The translations under genes and the position numbers were made by a program. Positions 57,498 to 64,000 of a DNA stretch of 64,000 nt are shown piece after piece. Origin of the DNA: Planctomycetota bacterium (GTDB lineage Bacteria > Planctomycetota > Brocadiia > JAADGH01); contig JBFMAD010000001.1 of the NCBI GenBank assembly GCA_040755855.1, positions 1 to 64,000 of the forward strand, written 5' to 3'. Positions within the stretch are counted from its first letter, which is position 1. Every line of letters starts with the position of its first letter. Under the pieces are notes generated by a model. The model did not search any database and had not been told where the DNA came from. It saw nothing but the letters and a program-made list of their open reading frames with translations.

Positions 57498-58403
57498 ATG
57501 TCTTCGCTCTTGGTGGTTGGCTCGGTTGCGTTGGACACGGTGGAGACGCCGCACGGGAAGTTGGAGGGCGGCCTCGGGGGGTCGGCCGTGTATTTCTCCT
57601 ATGCGGCCAGTTTCTTCACCCGCGTCCGACTGGTCGGCGTGGTCGGCAGGGATTTCCCGAAGAAATTCGTTGATCTGATCAAGGGCCGCAACGTGGACGC
57701 CGCCGGCCTGCAGATCGTTGACGGAAAGACGTTCCGATGGAGCGGGGCCTATGAGGGGGCCATGAGCCAAGCCGAGACGAAGCGGGTGGAACTGAACGTC
57801 TTCGGCGATTTCCAGCCGGAGATCCCGGAGTCGTTCCGCGATTCGGAGTTCGTCTTCCTGGCCAACGGCAGCCCCGTGACCCAGAAGCATGTCCTCGAAC
57901 AGATGACGAACCCGAAATTCGCGGTGGCCGACACGATGAACCTGTGGATCGAGACGACGCGCGACGCGCTCCTCGATCTCCTGAAGGTCGTGGACGGCAT
58001 CGTCCTCAACGACGGAGAGGCGCGGATGCTCACCGGGGAACCGAACCTTCTCCGGGCCGCCCGGAGGATTCAGGCCCTGGGACCGCGACTCGTGGTCGTC
58101 AAGAAGGGCGAACACGGGGCGATGCTGGTCTCCGAGGACATGGTCCTTGCCCTGCCGGCCTACCCCGTCGAGACGGTCAAGGACCCGACGGGCGCGGGCG
58201 ACAGCTTCGCCGGCGGCATGATGGGATACCTCGCCGAGCGCGGGCAGGTCAGCGACGGCAGCCTGAAGAAGGCCCTGGCCTACGGAACAATGTGCGCGTC
58301 GTTCAACGTCGAGGACTTCAGTCTTAACCGATTTCAGCAGATCGAGCGGCGGGATATTGACGAGCGCCTTGACGAATACCTTTCAATGTTGCGGATCAAA
58401 TGA
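57498..58403 (+). CDS. PfkB-family carbohydrate kinase
   Basis: GSVALD..ETP, GGSA, KKGEHG and DPTGAGDSFAGG. Confidence 0.92.
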   Translation: MSSLLVVGSVALDTVETPHGKLEGGLGGSAVYFSYAASFFTRVRLVGVVGRDFPKKFVDLIKGRNVDAAGLQIVDGKTFRWSGAYEGAMSQAETKRVELNVFGDFQPEIPESFRDSEFVFLANGSPVTQKHVLEQMTNPKFAVADTMNLWIETTRDALLDLLKVVDGIVLNDGEARMLTGEPNLLRAARRIQALGPRLVVVKKGEHGAMLVSEDMVLALPAYPVETVKDPTGAGDSFAGGMMGYLAERGQVSDGSLKKALAYGTMCASFNVEDFSLNRFQQIERRDIDERLDEYLSMLRIK

Positions 58404-58981
58404 AACAAATCCGAAGTTTTGTGGCCGTGCATCTAAACGACGCGACCCGCGCCGCCATCGGGGAGGCGCAGGGGAGGCTGAAGGCGTCCGGCGCGAAGGT
58501 GAGCTGGGTCCGGCCCGAGGCCATGCACCTGACGCTCAAATTCCTCGGCGACATTGACGCGGAGAAGGTGTCGGACTTCGCCGGGGCGCTTGACGAGGCG
58601 GCCCAAAACACCGAACCTTTCCGCTTCGCCGTCCGCGGATTGGGGGCCCTGCCGAGGCTGGAGCGCCCACGGGTGATCTATGCGGGGGTGATCGACGAAG
58701 GAGGGGTTCTGGCGCCCCTGGCCGGCGCCGTGGACGAGTGGATGGCGGAACTCGGTGTGGGGCGGGAGGACCGCGACTTCAAGGCGCACATCACCCTGGG
58801 GCGGGTGAAATCCCCGAAGGGTACCGGGACGCTTATTGACATGGTCCGCGCCGGAGCGGAGGATGACTACGGTTCTGTAGAGGTGGACCGTGTCTATCTG
58901 ATGATGAGCGAGCTCAGGCCCGCCGGAGCGGAGTACACCGTCTTGCACGAGGCAAGACTTCAGGCAAAACAGGGGGAGTGA
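58400..58981 (+). CDS. thpR: RNA 2',3'-cyclic phosphodiesterase (2H family)
   Basis: HLTLKFLG and HITLGR (two HxT motifs); typical position upstream of recA. Confidence 0.9.
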   Translation: MKQIRSFVAVHLNDATRAAIGEAQGRLKASGAKVSWVRPEAMHLTLKFLGDIDAEKVSDFAGALDEAAQNTEPFRFAVRGLGALPRLERPRVIYAGVIDEGGVLAPLAGAVDEWMAELGVGREDRDFKAHITLGRVKSPKGTGTLIDMVRAGAEDDYGSVEVDRVYLMMSELRPAGAEYTVLHEARLQAKQGE

Positions 58982-59025
58982 CCCCATGGACAACCCAGTT
59001 CCCTTGAGAGGAGCGGAGCGACAAC

Positions 59026-60102
59026 ATGGCAAAGAATGACAAGCAAGAGAATGGCGAGGACAAACAGCGGCAGCAGGCGCTGGAGCGGGCCGTGTCGCAG
59101 ATCGAGAAGCAATTCGGCAAGGGCAGCATCATGAAACTGGGCGAGGGGGTCGTCATGGATGTCCCCGCCATCAGCACCGGCGCGCTTTCGCTCGACCTTG
59201 CCCTGGGGGTCGGCGGCATCCCGCGCGGGCGGGTGACGGAGATCTACGGCCCCGAGGCCACAGGCAAGACCATGCTCGCCCTCCAGGTGACGGCCAACGC
59301 ACAGCGGGCCGGCGGCGTCGCGGCATTCATTGACGCCGAGCACGCCCTTGACCCTGACTTTGCCCGGCGGCTGGGAGTAAACCTCGACGAGCTTCTGGTC
59401 AACCAGCCCGACAGCGGGGAGCAGGCGCTCGAGATTACCGAGATGCTCGTCCGCAGCAACGCGGTGGATGTCATCACCGTGGACTCGGTGGCGGCGCTCG
59501 TGCCGCGGGCCGAGCTCGCCGGCGAGATGGGCGACGCCACCGTCGGCGCCCAGGCCCGGCTCATGTCGCAGGCCATGCGCAAGCTGACGGCGGCGATCAA
59601 CAAGTCCCGCACGTCGGTGATCTTCGTCAACCAGGTGCGCGAAAAGATCGGCGTCATGTTCGGCAGCCCGGAAACGACCCCCGGCGGGCGCGCCCTGAAG
59701 TTCTACTCCTCTGTCCGCATCGAACTGCGCCGCGTGGGGAGCATCAAGGACGGCGACAGCGTCATCGGCAATCGCGTCCGGGCGAAAGTCCAGAAGAACA
59801 AGGTGGCCGCGCCCTTCAAGTCCGCTGAGTTCGACATACTCTTCGCCTGCGGCATCTCCCGCGAGGGGGACGTGCTCGACCTGGCCATCGGGGCCCAGTT
59901 GGTCGAAAAGAGCGGCGCGTGGTTCTCCTACGGCGACATGCGCCTGGGCCAGGGCCGAGAGCACGCACGAGAGTTCCTGAAAGCAAATGCCGATGTCATG
60001 CAGGAACTGGAGACTAAGTTGAAGGAAATGCGCCTCCCGGCAAAGTCCGCGTCGGAGGAGCCGGAATCGGAGGAAACGGCGACGAATGCGACGAATGAGT
60101 AA
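59026..60102 (+). CDS. recA: Recombinase A
   Basis: [23 protein letters not shown] and [12 protein letters not shown]. Confidence 0.98.
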   Translation: MAKNDKQENGEDKQRQQALERAVSQIEKQFGKGSIMKLGEGVVMDVPAISTGALSLDLALGVGGIPRGRVTEIYGPEATGKTMLALQVTANAQRAGGVAAFIDAEHALDPDFARRLGVNLDELLVNQPDSGEQALEITEMLVRSNAVDVITVDSVAALVPRAELAGEMGDATVGAQARLMSQAMRKLTAAINKSRTSVIFVNQVREKIGVMFGSPETTPGGRALKFYSSVRIELRRVGSIKDGDSVIGNRVRAKVQKNKVAAPFKSAEFDILFACGISREGDVLDLAIGAQLVEKSGAWFSYGDMRLGQGREHAREFLKANADVMQELETKLKEMRLPAKSASEEPESEETATNATNE

Positions 60103-61477
60103 AACCGTCATTTTCATCGTCTTGATCCTCCTGGCCGTCCGTCTGCCGGCGCAGGACGACGCGCTCACGCTGGAGAAGGCCCTCATCGCCGCCAGCGAGA
60201 AGGTCAGCCCCGCCATCGTCAGCATTGACATGACCGGCGCAAAGGGCGTCCTCGAGGACGACTTCTTCGGCGAGGGACAGCAGAGCCAGCGACGGGTCCG
60301 CGGGATGGGATCGGGAGTCATCATTGACGAAGACGGCTTCGTCCTGACCAACGAGCACGTCATCCACGGGGCGAAGAACGTCAGCGTCTTCACTGCCGAC
60401 GGAAAGAAGTTCGAGAACGTGAAGGTGGTGAAGACCGACCCGAAGATTGACCTGGCCGTCCTGAAGATCGAAGCCGACCAGAAGTTCCCCGTCGTGGAAT
60501 GGGGCGATGCGTCGAAGGTGCGGAAGGGCCAGCTCGCCATTGCCTTCGGCAACCCGCTGGGCATCTCCACCGGCGCCGACTCCACCATGACCCTGGGCAT
60601 AGTCAGCGCCCTGAACCGGACCCATATCGAGCGCGACGCGAAGGGGAAGGAAATCAAGAGGCTGGAGAACATGATCCAGACCGACGCCGCCATCAGCATG
60701 GGCAACAGCGGCGGCCCCCTCACCGACATCCAGGGCCGGATCATCGGCATCAACACGATGATCGCCTCGCTCACCGGCGGGTCGGAGGGCATCGGCTTCG
60801 CCGTGCCCTTTGACGACCGCACCAAAAAGATCATCGAAGAGCTCAAGGCCGAGCATGAGGTGGTCTATGGGACAATCGGCGCGGAGTTCCGGGCCATGAC
60901 CCCTGACTTCGCCAATGCGCTGAAGGCCCCGCCCGGCAAGGGCGTCCTGGTCTCCGAGATCGCCGAGGGCGGCCCGGCCGCGAAGGCGGAGATCAAACAG
61001 TTCGACGTGATCCTCTCCTTCGGCGGCGAGGAGGTGAACAAGCCGCGCGACCTCGCGGAGAAGATCGAAAAGTCAAAGGTGGACACCGAGGTCACCATCA
61101 CGCTGATCCGCCGCGGCGAGGAGATGCAGAAGACTGTGGTCATCGCCAAGCGGGAGTTCAAGCGACCCGTTGCGCGGACGCTCGACCCCCGCGGGTGGCG
61201 CGGCCTCCGGGTGGAAAAACTGACCGAGGAAAAGGCCAAGGAGATCGGTCTGGAGGGCAAGAAGGGCGTGCTTGTATCGAAGGTGGAGGTCGGCAGCGCT
61301 GCCTTCGAGGCGGGCATCCGCGCCGGACAGGTGATCCTGGAGGTCCAGTTCAAACCGGTCGAGACGGTGGACGCATTTCACAAGATCGTCGGCGACATCG
61401 CCGATGCGACGGACGCCGCCGTGCTGACTAACGACGGGGCCAAACTCATCAAAGGAACAAGGAAAGAGCAGAAGTAG
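60095..61477 (+). CDS. DegP/HtrA serine protease with two PDZ domains
   Basis: Signal peptide; LTNEHV, DLAVLK and [14 protein letters not shown]; two PDZ domains. Confidence 0.92.
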   Translation: MSKTVIFIVLILLAVRLPAQDDALTLEKALIAASEKVSPAIVSIDMTGAKGVLEDDFFGEGQQSQRRVRGMGSGVIIDEDGFVLTNEHVIHGAKNVSVFTADGKKFENVKVVKTDPKIDLAVLKIEADQKFPVVEWGDASKVRKGQLAIAFGNPLGISTGADSTMTLGIVSALNRTHIERDAKGKEIKRLENMIQTDAAISMGNSGGPLTDIQGRIIGINTMIASLTGGSEGIGFAVPFDDRTKKIIEELKAEHEVVYGTIGAEFRAMTPDFANALKAPPGKGVLVSEIAEGGPAAKAEIKQFDVILSFGGEEVNKPRDLAEKIEKSKVDTEVTITLIRRGEEMQKTVVIAKREFKRPVARTLDPRGWRGLRVEKLTEEKAKEIGLEGKKGVLVSKVEVGSAAFEAGIRAGQVILEVQFKPVETVDAFHKIVGDIADATDAAVLTNDGAKLIKGTRKEQK

Positions 61478-61481
61478 TCGC

Positions 61482-64000
<2,519 letters not shown>

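Noticed and set aside
58985..59005. LexA box upstream of recA
   Set aside because: CAACCCAGTTC does not fit GAAC-N4-GTTC or CTGT-N8-ACAG.

Overview
This is a high-GC bacterial chromosomal window. A Planctomycetota/PVC-like origin is my inference from the Tat sulfatase, large secreted multi-modular CAZymes, long GreA, zinc-ribbon-TM-TPR protein and short-period intergenic repeats. The left end (1-3600) is a lower-GC polymorphic-toxin island: an orphan Rhs gene missed by the ORF track, carrying a Zn-phospholipase C/S1-P1-like toxin tip, then a probable immunity gene and a repeat-flanked RAYT/IS200-like transposase remnant. Next is a divergent signalling pair: an FHA-GAF-3xPAS-His kinase-REC protein and a REC-Ser/Thr kinase-TM-coiled coil-~25x ankyrin protein. 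The middle holds carbohydrate/sulfate-ester catabolic genes, serA, a Dus enzyme, several small TA-like modules and MITE/REP-like elements. The right end is housekeeping (rlmN, gltX, PfkB kinase, thpR, recA, DegP-like protease, partial alaS). I recognised no rRNA, tRNA, CRISPR array or reverse transcriptase. The best leads are the reciprocal His-kinase/Ser-Thr-kinase pair, the cleavage-activated Rhs toxin, and a window-wide ATCGAC-to-ATTGAC bias suggesting an RTCGAY methylation footprint. All assignments are by-eye motif recognition; no searches were run.
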